From NCBI GenBank assembly GCA_030324005.1, contig JARDVH010000073.1, forward strand, positions 31,756,569 through 31,820,568: DNA of 64,000 nucleotides, read 5' to 3'. The notes under the pieces are model-generated. The model did no database searches. It was not told the DNA's origin and saw nothing but the letters and a program-made list of their open reading frames with translations. The translations under genes and the position numbers were made by a program. The stretch comes from Negaprion brevirostris. Its lineage: Eukaryota. Below, piece by piece: positions 1-13,376 of this stretch (the stretch's first letter is position 1; each line of letters starts with the position of its first letter).

Positions 1-545
1 GTGAGACCACATTTGGAATATTGTGTTCAGTTCTGGTCACCTCACTATAAGGAGGATGTGGAAGCATTGGAGAGAGTACAGAGGAGATTTACCAGGATGC
101 TGCCTGGTTTGGAGAGTAGGTCTTATGAGGAAAGGTTGAGGGAGCTGGGGTTTTTCTCTTTAGAGTGGAGGAGAATGAGAGGCGACTTAATATAAGTTAT
201 ATGATGATGAAGGGGACAGATAGAGTGGATGTTCAGAGACTGTTTCCTTGGGTGCATGTAGGTGTTACTAGGGGGCATAACTATAAGGTTCATGGTGGGA
301 GATACATGAGGGATGTCCGAGGTAGATTCTTTACTCAGAGAGTTGTTGGGGTGTGGAATGCACTGCCTGCTGTGATATGGAGTCTGACACTTTAGGAACT
401 TTCAAGCGGTTATTGGATAGGCAAATGGAGCACACCAAAATGATAGGGAGTGGGACAGCGTGATCTTAGGTTTGGACATAGCTTGGCAGAACATTGAGGG
501 CCGAAGGGCCTGTATTGTGCTGTACTGTTCTATGTTTCTATATGG
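1..545 (+). mobile_element. CR1/HER1-type LINE, 3' end
   Basis: ORF2 C-terminus [35 protein letters not shown]...RGDLI...FFTQRVVGVWNALP, followed by the 3' tail gggccgaagggcctg...ttctatgtttcta. Confidence 0.92.
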
Positions 546-1446
546 ATAATACCCAAGTGAATGATGCAATAATGAAGTGTAGCTATTTATGATTCTAAAT
601 AATAAAAGCCTGCAACACCTAAAACAAAACATGATCATGATGAATAGCAGAGCAGGGCCGAATGGCCTATTCTTGCTTCTATTTTCTACATATGTTTCGA
701 TGTAAAACTAAGCTAAATTTGCATGGAATTTCCCTTTTCCTTCAGGGGTATTGAACTGTTCAGTTATTTTCACACCATCTACTTTTATGAGATTTTTAAA
801 CTGATGCTCAAATTATTGAGGGACTTTCCAACTGACCCTCTTCATGAAATTCTTCAGTTGCCCACAAGAACTGAATATTCCTCATTTTTGTATATTAGGC
901 CTCCTCTCAAGCCTGATACAAGAGAGAATACAGCAATAAATCTTGTTGTATTTTGCGTACCTGGTTGCTACTCAGTCATTGTAGTTGAGAATTTTTTTCA
1001 AGAGACCATTAAATCAAAACATGCAGTTGATGTTTTTAATCACATTGCACATACCTGCAAATATTGGTTTATGACCAGTATCTGATTTAGAGTTACTTGC
1101 CAGTAGCACAGATATGCTACATACTATAGCCTCTGCATTATTCTTATATATTGGGAAAATTGATGTTGCATTAATTTTAAGAATTCTGAGCTTTATGCAT
1201 CAACTTGATTTTTTTCCTCTGGCTACTCATTGAATAGTGAAGCAGATTTGCTTGCAACTGTTCAATTCCTATCTTATTCACTAACAAAATCACTTACTTC
1301 CAACTGTGCAACATTGCTTCCTTATTCCCCCATCTCACCCCACTTTGTAAAGCTTTTATCTCTATTTGATTTGTACAATGCTTTCCTTTTCTGTCTTTCT
1401 GATATCCAGTCTCCATAAACTTGGAATCATCCAAAGCTTAACTTCA

Positions 1447-1708
1447 GGGGCGGCATGGTAGTACAGTGGTTAGCACTGCTGCCTCACAGTGCCAATGGGT
1501 TCAATTCCCGACTTGGGTCACTGTTTGTCTGGAGTTTACACGTTCCCTCTGCGTCTGCATGGGTTTCTTTCGGATGCTAAATTGTCCCTTCGTGTCAGGG
1601 GACTAGCAGGGTCAGTGCATGTGGTTGGGGATAGGGCCTGGGAAGGAGTGTGGTTGGTGTAGACTCGATGAGCCGAATGGCCACCTTTTGCAATGTAGGG
1701 ATTCAATA
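1447..1708 (+). mobile_element. HE1-like tRNA-derived V-SINE with CR1/HER1-type tail
   Basis: tRNA-like head ggggcggcatggtag..agtggttagcactgctgcctcacag..gggttcaattcc, central ctggagtttacacgttc...gggtttc, tail gagccgaatggccacc. Confidence 0.85.
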
Positions 1709-1719
1709 ATACCTGCATT

Positions 1720-2010
1720 TTGTCCTGTGCATTCCCTATCCTTGCTGATCTACACTGGCCTTTGGCGCTGTGATGGAACCAAACTTAAAGCTTCATCCTC
1801 GACTACAACTTCTTCTGCAACGCTCTTCAAGAGTTCCATCCCACAGTCTCTGACCTGATCTGATTTGGACTGCTCTTGAACTCCAACTTCAGTGGAAAGA
1901 CATCCACTGCCTTTGCTGCTCTCTTCGGAGCACCCTCTCCAAACCTGCTGCCTCTTTATCTCATGGCCCGTCTTTAAAAATCTTCTGAAAACACAACCAT
2001 GCTCTTAATA
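1720..2010 (+). mobile_element. Degenerate L2-type LINE 3' fragment
   Basis: Resembles the L2 ORF2 end (cctatccttgctgatctacactggc...) and the other L2 pieces in the window. Confidence 0.45.
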
Positions 2011-2026
2011 CTCCCAAAAAGGCCAA

Positions 2027-2195
2027 ATCATAGAATCCCTACAGTGGAGGTCATTCAACCCATCAAGTCTGCACCAACCACAATCCCACCCAGCTGCCAT
2101 CCCCGAAACCCCACATATTTACCCTGCTGGTGCCCCCCAATATCANNNNNNNNNNNNNNNNNNNNNNNNNNNNNNNNNCGCACATCTTTCGAGTC
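2027..2195 (-). mobile_element. HE1-like SINE 3' part (gapped)
   Basis: Reverse-complement tail atcatagaatccctacagtggagg...cacatctttc, interrupted by Ns. Confidence 0.7.
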
Positions 2196-3169
2196 TACTG
2201 TTTGCAGTCTTGGCCCAGCTCAACACCTAGATCAGTCAGTCTAGATCTTTCTCCTTGTCCAAACTGGCAGGATGTCAAATAGCATGAAATAAGGGGGGTG
2301 CATGACACAGTGACTGTCTGTGGATCAGTAACTCAGAAACCCAGGGTATGATGTGGAGGACTGGGATTCAAATTGGCAGATATCAAACAGCATAAAACAA
2401 ACTCTTCCCTTGTCCATTGTGATGTTGGATATGGACTCATGACATGGCCACTCCACACAAACAGGAATTACAGATAAAAAAAGTACGTGCATTACATTCA
2501 ACTGGTGTCTGAGCTGTACCAATGTCTAGTCAGATCTACTTACATGTTATACTTCATATTTAACATTCTCTATTTTTCTTGACAAATTTGCTTGCCTTTT
2601 TAGAAAGATGATGAGTACCGTTGACAGCAACAGGTTTAGGTTTCGGACTCCCAGCAGTTTAAAAAATGCCTGCCAAATTTCTTTTTAATGCACTTTGGAT
2701 GTTTTATTTATTAAAGGTGGCAGCTAAATGCAAATTGCAGTTATTATTTCTCACACTCACCCAAAAATGGGTAACATTTCTGATGTTGATCAATTGTTGA
2801 ATGGACAGTCTGCTGTTTGCTAAATTTACAGAGTATAAAAATGAAGGCTTTAACTGCCATGCAGTTTTACTGCAGAGTTTTACTACGATTATCCATTTGT
2901 TTGTAGGAAATTATGTTTGCATAGTTTGGATATTGCACCAGTATAAATTACCACAAGCTTAGCGAAATGTGCTGCTAGGCATTGGAAATGGTTATTTTGC
3001 AATTCTGCGCAGGTTCTTATTTATAGTTAGTCAGCTGACTATTACATCATTCTGTAATTGGTTCTATGGTTTATTGGGTCACCTGACCCTTGCATCTTGG
3101 TCACATTACATCCAATACAAAGTTATCACCGGTTACGTTCCAATAATGATGGAAGCATAGAATTACATA

Positions 3170-4560
3170 GAGACATTGATTAACTGAATGGGGAAAACTA
3201 TGACAAATGGATTTGAAAGTAGGCTAATGTGAGGTCAGCTACCTTGGACCTAAAAGGAAAGGACATGGTACTTTCTAAGTGACGAAAAGCCAGAAACAGT
3301 GGAGCTCCAAATAGACTTGGGTATCCAGGTACATAGGTCATTTAAAATGTAATGAACAGGTACAGAAAATAATCAAAAATGCTGAAGGAATTCTGGCTTT
3401 TATATTTAGCGGAATAGAATACAGGTTGATCAAAGTCATGCTTCACTATACAAGATTACACATGGAGTTCTGTGATCAATTCTGGGCACCACACTAGGTG
3501 AGTAACTCATCTCCTGACTCCCAAAGCCTATCCACCATCAAAGGGCACAAGTCAGAACATTCTCCACTTGCCTGGATGAGTGCAGCTCCAACATCACTCA
3601 AGAAACATGACACCATCCAGGACAAAGCAACCTGTTAAATTGACACCCCATCCACATGGCAATGCATGTCAGTGATGAAGGGAATCACTCCCTTCATCAC
3701 TGTCATGCATTGCCAGCAGTGGGAGAGCAATCTATGGTCATCTGGGATTATGACAACTTTACCTTTACATCTACAAGGTGCAGTGGAGGAACTCACCAGG
3801 GCTCCTTTGAAAGCAGATTTCAAACCTATAACTTCTACCATCTAGAAGGACAAGGGCAGCAGACAAATAGGAATGCCAGCACCTGTAAGTTCGCTTCAAA
3901 GCCATGTATCAACCTGACTTTGAATGATATCATCATTCCTTCACTGTTGCTGGGTCAAAATTCCAAAGGAACCTCTCCCACTGTGGGTGTACCTACACCA
4001 CATGGACTGCAGTGGTTTGAGAAGGCAGCTCGTTACCACCTTCTTGCGATCAATTAGGGATGAACAGTAAATGTTGGTTTAGTCAGTGACACCCACTGTG
4101 CATGAGTTTAAAAAAAAACACGTTAGGAAGGATAAATTGGCTCTGTGGAAAGTATAGCATATATTTATGTGAATGCAACCTCAAGGTTTAAATTACAAGC
4201 AAGATTACACAAATTGAAATTATAGTCCCTGGAATTTAGTAGTGGTGATTTGATTGAAGATTTTAAGATATTAAGGGAAAAGAGAAACTATTTTTGGGAG
4301 TCTAGAACTAGGGGGCATGTTCATAAAAATTAGAGCCAGACATTTTTATTGATTNNNNNNNNNNTTTTAACATAATAGGTGGTAAAAGTTTGGAAGTCTC
4401 TTCCTAAAATGACCATGCATGAATTGTTAATTTTAGATCAGTGAATGATTTTTTTTTGTTACCAGAGGTATTAAAGGGTATGGGCAAAGGGCAGATAAAC
4501 TTTGAATAGCAGAACAAGCTTGAAGGACTAAATGGCAACCTGTGATCCTATGTTTAGAAC
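3170..4560 (+). mobile_element. Old CR1 LINE 3' region, split by a nested insertion
   Basis: CR1-like sequence ...ttctgggcaccacac at 3480-3495 resumes as ..ttaggaaggat at 4123 and ends in the CR1 tail gcttgaaggactaaatggc..cctatgtt. Confidence 0.7.
3499..4117 (+). mobile_element. LINE family B (CR1/L2-group) 3' end nested in CR1
   Basis: Same 3' sequence as the copies at 11095-12215, 20750-21400 and 32530-33020 (ctcaccacc...caattagggatg..taaatgctggcc..). Ends in poly-A. Confidence 0.8.
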
Positions 4561-5274
4561 CTATTGCTTACTTTGAAATAATTATTCTTCAGTTTTTTAC
4601 TTGCTTTGCAAGTATTTTGCATCACCAGACCAATCAAGGGATGCATGTCTGTAAATACTAATGGATTATGAGTGAATCCTGCCAACTTTGAAATTCCCCA
4701 TCCTATACCAATCCACGCCAATTATAAGGAAATTCTGAAGAAGCCTAATATGTATTTTATGTTCACCTTGAAGTCAAACTAACTACAATAATCCATTTTG
4801 AAAATAATGTTGCATCTTCCATTTTCTGGCTCCTACCTGTCCTGTCTTCTGACTTTGAGAAAGCTTATTTTGTTTGTGCTCATACCTTTACTAACCTATG
4901 TATCAACATAGGGTTGCTCTATTCCTCCACCACATTAATTCCTCCATTTAAACTGGATTTTGTTCCTCTTTTTATTTGCAATATCTTTTAAAATGTTTTG
5001 ACATTGAATTCCATTTGCTGCTGAGGTGGCTGTCTGTTTGGATGATAGTCACATCAACACAACTCGTAGAAACAGGTTATCACATTGTCATTGTCTGAGA
5101 AAACTCCTTTTGATCCTGTGCTTTGTCCTTCAAGCATTACTCTACTATTATTATTGTCATAAGTTTCTTGTATGGTACCTTATCAAATGTTCTTTTAAAA
5201 GCTATATAAACCATATCCACTAACCTCTTTTGTTATTTCTTCAAATAATTCAACAAGGTTGCTGAAGAATGACC

Positions 5275-5375
5275 TTTTCTGTAGAATGTCATTCAAATTA
5301 GATCTGATTTTCTGTAGAACATCATTCAAATTAGATCTGATTTTCTGTAGAACATCATTCTAATTAGATCTGATT
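5275..5375. repeat. Tandem repeat, 3 x 33 bp
   Basis: Unit ttttctgtagaa(tg/ca)tcattc(a/t)aattagatctga at 5275, 5308 and 5341, inside a decayed minus-strand CR1 RT fragment. Confidence 0.95.
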
Positions 5376-5743
5376 AACTCACCATTCTCTTAAATACTTA
5401 ATAATGTAATCATCTTATTGAATCATGGATTATTTGTGACTTTTGATCCATGTTGTTTTGATCTGAACTGGACAAGAAAAAAATCTCCCCTCTTTTCCCC
5501 CTTTAGTAACCCAAATAAGAACTGCAATTTATTGTATAGTAATGAAGCACAGATCTTACTAATTGAATTAAAGTTATGCAATTTATTTAATTTTTTTTAA
5601 AGAAATGTAACAATAAACCTTGAATTTTATGCAGAAGGTATTAATTGATACCCTCTCCTAGCAATGACAGTGTTTATCTTTTTAATCTTCATTAACTGGT
5701 AGATTGCTGAGACGTTAGGTTGGAACATTTTTTGACAAGATAC

Positions 5744-6454
5744 TGTGATGTTAGTGTACCTTTAAGAGTTTTTTTTAAGTTCATGCTCACAGCCTTAGGT
5801 AATGTCATTGTTGGGAGAAGAAAAAACTGCAGCTCAGGTGATAGTGATTTCATTTTCACTTTCAGTTTGGAGCTGCAGGTTGGAGTTGCATTTTAGAAGA
5901 GGCAATGTGCTAAAAAGAAGTGTTTCCCCCCCCACCTCTTCCCTGCCTCCCTGCCTGTTTTGAAAANNNNNNNNNNNNNNNNNNNNNNNCCTTGAGGCTG
6001 GACCAGAGTCTCTCTGGTGCTTTGGGAAGCTGACTTGTCTTCAGACTGTTTGAAGTGAATCCAGAGAACTGCAAACTTCAACCAGTGGATTCAAATTTAT
6101 ATTAGTCATGTGAGCATTAGTCTGTGCTGTTTAAATCTGTGAAAAAGGTCTTTTGTCTATGGGAGGTTTTGGTTTTGCTTGGGGGAACATATATATGTCC
6201 ATTAAGGGTTATACATTATAGTTGTTATTTTGTTCCTTATTTGTAATTGATAAAAGTTCTTGCTAATTTTCTTGCTATACATGTTAATTATATTTTTAAA
6301 TAAACTTTGTTTGATAAAAGCTCCCTAGTAGGTCTTCTGAATCACACCTGAAGTGGAATATCTTGTGCTTATCCTAGCCAAATTCAAAATGCAAAACTTA
6401 AGATTCAGGTGGGCTTCATAAACTACCATGGAGTTTCTAACCTGAACCATAACA
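5744..6454 (+). mobile_element. Probable solo LTR
   Basis: Starts TGTGATG and ends CATAACA (6/7 inverted-terminal match, TG...CA). AATAAA at ~6299. No exact TSD seen. Confidence 0.55.
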
Positions 6455-6749
6455 AAGCCAAAACTTAGTGTATTCAATTATGATCAAAGTTTAGGAAAGA
6501 TTAAAAACGCTTCATAGTTTTGAAGCTTTTATTTGAATGGAAGGAAGTTTTGTTGGAATCTTAAAAAGTCAAGGCCACAAATATTTCAGTTCTGATGGAT
6601 GAACTTCAGTGATCAATCTAATGCAGCATTTTAAGGTCCTGAGTCTCACTGCTTTGCTATCAGAAAACTATGAAAACGAGACTAACCAATTCTCACATCG
6701 ACACTAAATTAACTGACTCTCAAGAATTGTTCAAGAATTTTCAGGCTAT

Positions 6750-7055
6750 AATCATAGAACCCCTCCCATGCAGAAGGAGGCCAATCAATCCTGCGCTGGC
6801 AACAATCCCACCCAGGCCCTATATCCATAACCTCATGTATTTACTCTGCTGATTCCCTTGACACTAAGGTTGATTGGCCATGCTAAACTTCCCCTATCTC
6901 ACACATCTTTGGAGTGTGGGAGGAAACCAGAGCATCCATTGGTAACCCACACAAACACAAGGAGAATGTGAAAACAGTGACCCAAGACTGGAATTGAAGC
7001 CAGGTCATTAGCGTTGTGCAGCAGCAGCGCTAACCACTGTGATACCGTACTGCCC
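6750..7055 (-). mobile_element. HE1-like V-SINE, full length
   Basis: Reverse complement of the head (gcagcagcgctaaccactgt..tgccc), V-domain and CR1-type tail. Confidence 0.85.
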
Positions 7056-8944
7056 TATAGCGTGCTTAGTTCCTTGCAACAGATGTGTGTATTATTGGGG
7101 ATTCTTGCCTTTTCTGTTTATGAAAGCATAAAAAAACCTTAGTCACATGTTCTGAATTCTTGTTTCTCGAGGAAGTCATTTTTTAAAATGCAGTGTATTG
7201 TGGAGAATAGTCCTATTATCTCAATCATGGTTACTTGCATCTGCCTGGATATGTGTATTCTGTATTTTTGAATGAAAACCTCTGCAGAACTTCAATTCAG
7301 TGGGAAGACAAAAATTGAATGTCTATATTAATCGGACTTAAAGTGCCCTGATTTTCTCTTTTTGTTTTCTCAAGGTAATTTAGCACTTGTTTCTAATTCA
7401 CCATAGGTTAGCTCTATTTTAACAGGATTGGGCAAAGTTGATCTCACAAAAATAACACATGGAACTGCCTTAAACCAACAAATTATTGGCAGACGTGTTG
7501 TAACCATTTGTGAAATGTCAAGGGTGTGAACTTAAAACCAATATTATTGGGATCGAGACCGAGGTGAACAGCAGTCTTGACTTGTAACTTAAATAACTAT
7601 TAATGAACAGAATTTAGTGAAATGATTATAAAGACTGGAAGATGCTGCCTAGTTAATAAGGCAGTTTTGCTTCACTTTTTTGGCACATCAGTCTCAGTTC
7701 ATATACATCAGTTATATATTTTGTGATTTGTTTTTTGTGGTTTTGCAGTTGTGAAAGGTTGTTTAAATCCATTGTATTTCATATTTGTATTTTATGCTCA
7801 CTAGGCACTGGATATGGAGGATTATAAAACTGTAAATGTTAAAATGTGGCTTCTGTTCTTTATTTCATTTAGCATCCAAAGTCAGCCTCATCAGAAATTA
7901 TCATTCTTTCTCTGTTTAGATATTGATGAACTTGCCATTAATATTCAGCATTTATTTATTATTCCATTTTAAATCTGGAGTTTCTTTCATACACAATATA
8001 GCTCATGGCTTGGTTGGTGTAGTTCTCAAATATTTCCAAGAAGATTTCTGATCCCAATTTCTACTGCCTTCCAAAGATATCTGGCTTTGGTGACAGTGTT
8101 TTCGATCTCCTTGGAATGTGGACAAAGATTTGCTTATCATAGTGTAATATTTGTGAAGTTGGAGTAAAAATTTGAGGGTAATCCAGTAAAAGCCAATCTC
8201 GTTGTCCATAGATATGATGAAAAAGAGAGGCCCAGGCATCTATTTTTAGCCCCCACTTTTTCTTATCTTAATGACAACATTATCTAAAGGCATGAACCCT
8301 GATATTTATAGGATGGCTTCAGGGATGCCTATCAACTGCAGGTAAGCTTGGAAAGCAGAAGCCTTGCCTCATTTAACAGAAAGCACTCATTAATTTTTGT
8401 TTAAAACTTTGGCTGAGAGCTGGGCAGGAAACAAATTGAAGGCTGGTTGTTGCTGCTTTTCTGAGGCAGCAAGTCCAAGCAATTGAGAAGATTGGAGGAA
8501 GGCAAGGTGGAGTTGGTACTTTGAATGCATGCAGGAAGGATCATGGTGCCTTGCTTGCTGGAATCACATGTTTGTAACATTAGAGACAGATCACTGGGGC
8601 TTTACCTGAGGGGTTATGGGGGGAAGCATTTCTGCTCCTTTATGCCCCACAAGTATGTTGGAGAAGCTCCTACCTGCTGGATCTCGCAGTTCCTGTCTCC
8701 CTTCAGCTATCACTTTTCCAGAGCCTTGAGAAAACCCAGCCTGCAGCCATTAAAATTTCAAATTGATGATGAAGATGCGAGCCTCCTGTTTTATTTAAGT
8801 GTTAGAAGTAGGGCCCTGTCATTTGGGAGCAGGCTAATAGTCCAACTCCAAATAGGCCCCAGTCAAATGTAAGCTTTTATTTAACTCCCTCACACTGACG
8901 CTGACTCACCCATCCTGGGAGTGGTTCAATTAAATACCCCAATG

Positions 8945-9400
8945 GAATTGCATTCCACATGTATGCTGATAATGTCCAAACCTCCTATACCTCTCTGTTA
9001 AACCATTGTAGATTTCTAATCCTGCTGCCTGTGTCCTGACCCATCATCCCATCAAATCTGTCCTCACTGAACTATGTTGGCTACCAGTCTTCCAGAGCTT
9101 CCAGTTAAAATATTCTCCTCTTAATGTTTAAATCCCATCATGGCCTCACTATCTCTGTAAATTTCTCCAGTGCTACAATTGCAACTCGTCCACATGGCTC
9201 CAAGTTCTTATTCCGCTAACTCTGGTTTTTTGTGCATCAACCCCATTCCCCTCTATTTGCGCCACCACTGGCGATGGTCAACTTTTGAGTTCTGGAATTC
9301 CCTCTAGGCACCCATTTTGCTATTGAGTTCCTGGTCCTCCTCTAAGACTCTTCTTCAAAAATCACTATTTGAATAATTTTTGATCAGCCTTTCTAATATA
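8945..9400 (+). mobile_element. Degenerate L2 LINE 3' fragment
   Basis: YADD-like cacatgtatgctgataat and a HITPVL/LHWLP-like segment (tcactgaactatgttggctaccagtc). Confidence 0.55.
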
Positions 9401-9404
9401 TCTT

Positions 9405-9846
9405 TTTGTGCCCAAGACTGCAAGAAACTACAAACGGTTGTGAATGTAACCCAGTCCATCACGCAAACCAGCCTCCCATCTGCTAACTCTGTCTATATTT
9501 CCTGCTACCTCGAAAAAGCAGCCAGCATAATCAAGGACCCCACACAATCCGGACATTCTCTCTTCCACCACCTCCTGTCGGGAAAAAGATACAAAAGTCT
9601 GAGATCGCATACAACCGATACAAGAACAGCTTTTCTCCTGCTGCCATCAGACCTTTGAATGGACCTACCTTATATTAAGCTGATCTTTCTCTACACCCTA
9701 GCTATGACTGTAACACTACATTCTGTACCCTTCCCTTTCCTTCTCCTATATACTCAATGAACTGTATACGTTGTCTGTATAACATGCAAGAAACAATACT
9801 TTTTACTGCAGGCCAATACATGTGACAATAATAAATCAAATCAAAG
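9405..9846 (+). mobile_element. Rex1/Babar LINE 3' end
   Basis: QDCKKLQTVVNVTQSITQTSLPS...IIKDPT...LFHHLLSGKRYKSLRS. Tail aataaatcaaatcaaa. Confidence 0.85.
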
Positions 9847-10341
9847 GTGTTTATTTTTTAACTGCTTTGAACATTTTTCTACATTAAGACATTACACAAC
9901 ATGTGTAAGTTGTCAGCCTCAGAGAAAGAAATAAATTGGAATATACTATCTTTTACTTGATTGGCCACTGTAGAAGCTTCGACCATAATTTTAACTCCCT
10001 GCAGTCCAGAATTACAAAGGGTTTTTGCAGAGAAAATAAAATATCTGATGGCAAAAGGATCAGTAACTAGCAGACACACATTTAAGGTAATTGAAAAATA
10101 GTCGGATTAACAAAAGAAAGATGCTTCTAAAATCTGTTGTGATCTGGAGTGTACTACCTGAAAGGGTGCTAGAAGCAGATTCAATATTAGCTTTCAAAAG
10201 GGAGATGAATAAATAGTTGAAGTAGAAAAAGTGCAGAGGTATTGGTAAAGAGCAGCGGTGGAACTAATTGGGCTGATCAGCTTCTTTCAGTATCATTCAA
10301 TGCTTGGATGATTGTAATTTGTAAGCAACTCCCCTGTCACC

Positions 10342-10580
10342 AGCAGTGGTTCGCACTGCTGCCTTACAACACCAGGTACCGGGTTTGATTCCCATCTTGG
10401 GTGATTGCATGGGTTTTCTCCAGGTGCTCTGTTTCCTCCCACCATCCCAAAGATATGTAGGTTAGGTGCTTTGGCCATGCTAAATTCTCCCTCAGTGTGG
10501 CGACTAGGGGATTTTCACAATAACTTAATTGCTGTTTTAATGTAAACCTCCTTGTGACTAATGAATAAACTTTAAACTTG
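10342..10580 (+). mobile_element. HE1-like SINE, alternative-tail subfamily
   Basis: SINE head and V-domain, then tail gtggcgactaggggattttcacaataacttaattgc..ttaatgtaaacc..ttgtgac..aataaacttta. Confidence 0.8.
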
Positions 10581-10624
10581 TGCAAATATCTTGTTTACAA
10601 AATTAGAATACAATGATTTTGAAT

Positions 10625-11000
10625 AGTCACCATCTCATTGACGATTGAGACTAATGGAGTGGTAATAGGCTGGTGTGGATTTGTCCTGTTTTTCGTGATG
10701 GGGCATTTGTGGACATTATTCCATTCTGTCAGATAGATGCCAATGTTGTGGCTGTATTGGAGTAGCTTGGCCAGAGGCACAGATACTTCGGGAGCACAAG
10801 TTTTCAGCATTACAGCTGGGAAGTTGTTAGCACCTATAGCTTTGTTCAGCTCATCTAGCCATTTCTTGATATTTTGTGTTTTGAATCTAATTGGCTGAAG
10901 ACTGGCATCTGCCAAGATTGGAATCTCAGGACGAGGCCAAGATTCATAATGCACTGTGCATGGTTGAAGGAAACCATTGCTTCAGCCTTGTATTTGCTTT
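10625..11000 (-). mobile_element. LINE family B ORF2 fragment (inverted)
   Basis: IKKWLDELNKAIGANNFPAVMLKTCAPEVSVPLAKLLQYS, the region just upstream of the RT domain. Confidence 0.8.
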
Positions 11001-11094
11001 CTCATCACAGCACAGTTAGTAATTTAACAACATTGAGGAGTACACAGCTCAAGTAGACCCAGCATCCACATTTCAAGGTAACAGCAACAGCACT

Positions 11095-12215
11095 GAAACA
11101 TTTGCACAAAGAGCTAAATTAGCAATAAATCAAGTCAAAGGACATCAGCAGTACTGCCACATACAGCCAAATGAATGGTGAGTTGAAACTCACTGCCCTT
11201 GACATCAAGGCAAAACTAAATTTAATGGGATTTGAGAGGAAATCTCTCCACTGGTTGGAGTCGTATCTAGGACAGTGGTTGTGGTTTTGGAGTCTATTCT
11301 TTGATGTGATGTCCGAGGTCTAATAATGTTCAGCTGCTTCATCAACAACCTTTCCTCCAGCATAAAGTCAGTAGCTGTGAAGTTTGCTGATGATTGCACG
11401 ATATTCAGTTCCATTCGCAATGTCTCATAAAATGACGCAGTTTTTCTCTGCATACAGCATGACTTGGACAACATTTGGGGTTGAGCTGATAAATAGCAGA
11501 TAACACTTGCACTGTACAAATGCTTGACATTGACCACCTCAAACAAGAGGCCATTCAACAGCTTTACCATCATGTAACCTGCACACTACTGATCAGAAAC
11601 TAAATTGATCAGCCGCATACATACTGTGGCTACAAAAGCAGGTAAGAGTTGGTGAATGAGTTACTCCTGACTCCTGCCTGTCTATTTTTTAAGGGACAAT
11701 TCAAGAGTGTGATGATAGTCTGTTCACTTGACTTGATGAATGCAACTCCAACAACACTCAATGAAACTTGACACCACCCAGGACAAAGCAACGCACTTGA
11801 TCTGCACCCCAACCTCTACCTTAAACATTCACTACCTCCACCGCCATCACGGAGTGGCAGCAGTGTGTAGCATCGACAAAATGCCCTGCAACAACTTGCT
11901 AAGGCTTGTTTGACAGAATCTCCCAAACTTGCAACATCCAGCACCTGGAAGGAGAGGGCAACGGGCTCGTGGGAACTCCACCACCTACAAGTTGCCCTGC
12001 AAGTTACACACCATCCTGATTTTGAAATGTGTCCCATTCCTTCACGATTGCTGGCTCATAATCCTGGAACACTTTGCCCAGTGGGATTCTGGATCAACGT
12101 CCACTACACAAGTACAGCAATTTAAGAAAGTGGCATACCACCACCTCCAGGGCAGTTAGTGATGGTCAATTAATGCTTGCTTTGCCCACATTACTAGAAG
12201 TGAATAAAAGTTAAA
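11095..12215 (+). mobile_element. LINE family B RT and 3' end
   Basis: FADD motif (tttgctgatgattgc, ~11383) and the family B 3' tail ending gaataaaag. Confidence 0.85.
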
Positions 12216-13136
12216 AACGACCTCCGTGATATCATGATGAAATACTGGTTACACATCTACCATTGGAAGCAATTTGATAAATGAACGGTATCATTCAGCT
12301 GTTTTCACACATTAGAGTGTGATTAATGGTATAGTTTACGTCTGTTTTTGATCGTAACATAATGGTAGAAAATGTTAAACAAGCTCAAGAACTGTTTTTG
12401 CTAATCACTGACAATTTCATCCAAAGGATTGTATACACTTTGATGCATGTGGAAGAATTGTGTTACAACTGAGTGGTAATTTATAACAGTGTAATAATGT
12501 TTTCAAAATGAGAATGGGAGTCTACAGCACAAAGCTGCTCGAATTCTTGGGAATTCCAAGGTCTAAGAAATGGAATGCATATTTGATAAGGGGTTACATA
12601 AGAGGAGTGCTGATACAATTAAGGTCACAGATATTAAAGGGAATGTGAGAGCATGATTTGGAAGTTGATGCGGACCGAAAAGAGTACAGGTAGTTGGTTA
12701 ATGGGTGATTTTCAGACTGGAGGGACATAACCAGCACCACTCCTAAGGGTTGTGTGGGTGTGTGCACCTTTCTACTATCTCCTGCCTTGTGAAACATCTT
12801 CAGTCACATTGCTAAGTTAGAAATATCTTCCAAGTGCACATTCTTGTTTAATCCAAATGTTGGAAGTATTATTATAGAAAATGGTCTCAAACTATAAATT
12901 AATATATATTTATCTTCAATGTCCTTGTGTAATTCTTTTGGAGATATTGACTCATCTTGGGTCTGGTTTCAAGGGCACGAACAAAATTTATCCAGTTAGT
13001 CAATCTTCCTGAGCCTGCTGAAGCCAAAAAGATCAACCGGTTGCTGAATCTAAATGTGAACTTCAATCTATCTCTGCTCAAGGGGTGATACCNNNNNNNN
13101 NNNNNNNNNNNNNNNNNNNNNNNNNNNNNNNNNNNN

Positions 13137-13362
13137 TCCCGACTTGACTGACTGTGCAGAGTCTGCAGTCTCCCCATGTCTGTGGGTGTTTCCTCCCGGG
13201 TGCTCTGTTTTCCTCCCACAGTCTGAAAGACATGCTGGTTAGGTGGATTGGCCATGCTAGGTTCTCCCTCAGTGAACTCGAACAGGCGCTGGAGTGGGCA
13301 ACCAGGGGATTTTCACAGTAACTTCATTGCAGTGTTAATGTAAGCTTAACTAATAAATTTTA
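13137..13362 (+). mobile_element. HE1-like SINE, alternative tail (5' end in gap)
   Basis: V-domain and the ggggattttcacagtaacttcattgcagtgttaatgtaagc tail. Confidence 0.8.
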
Positions 13363-13376
13363 CCTATTCAGGCAAA

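Noticed and set aside
1447-1530. tRNA genes at SINE heads
   Set aside because: The A/B-box-like heads run into SINE bodies and lack a complete cloverleaf.
5275-5375. CRISPR-like array
   Set aside because: Contiguous tandem units with no spacers, in eukaryotic DNA.
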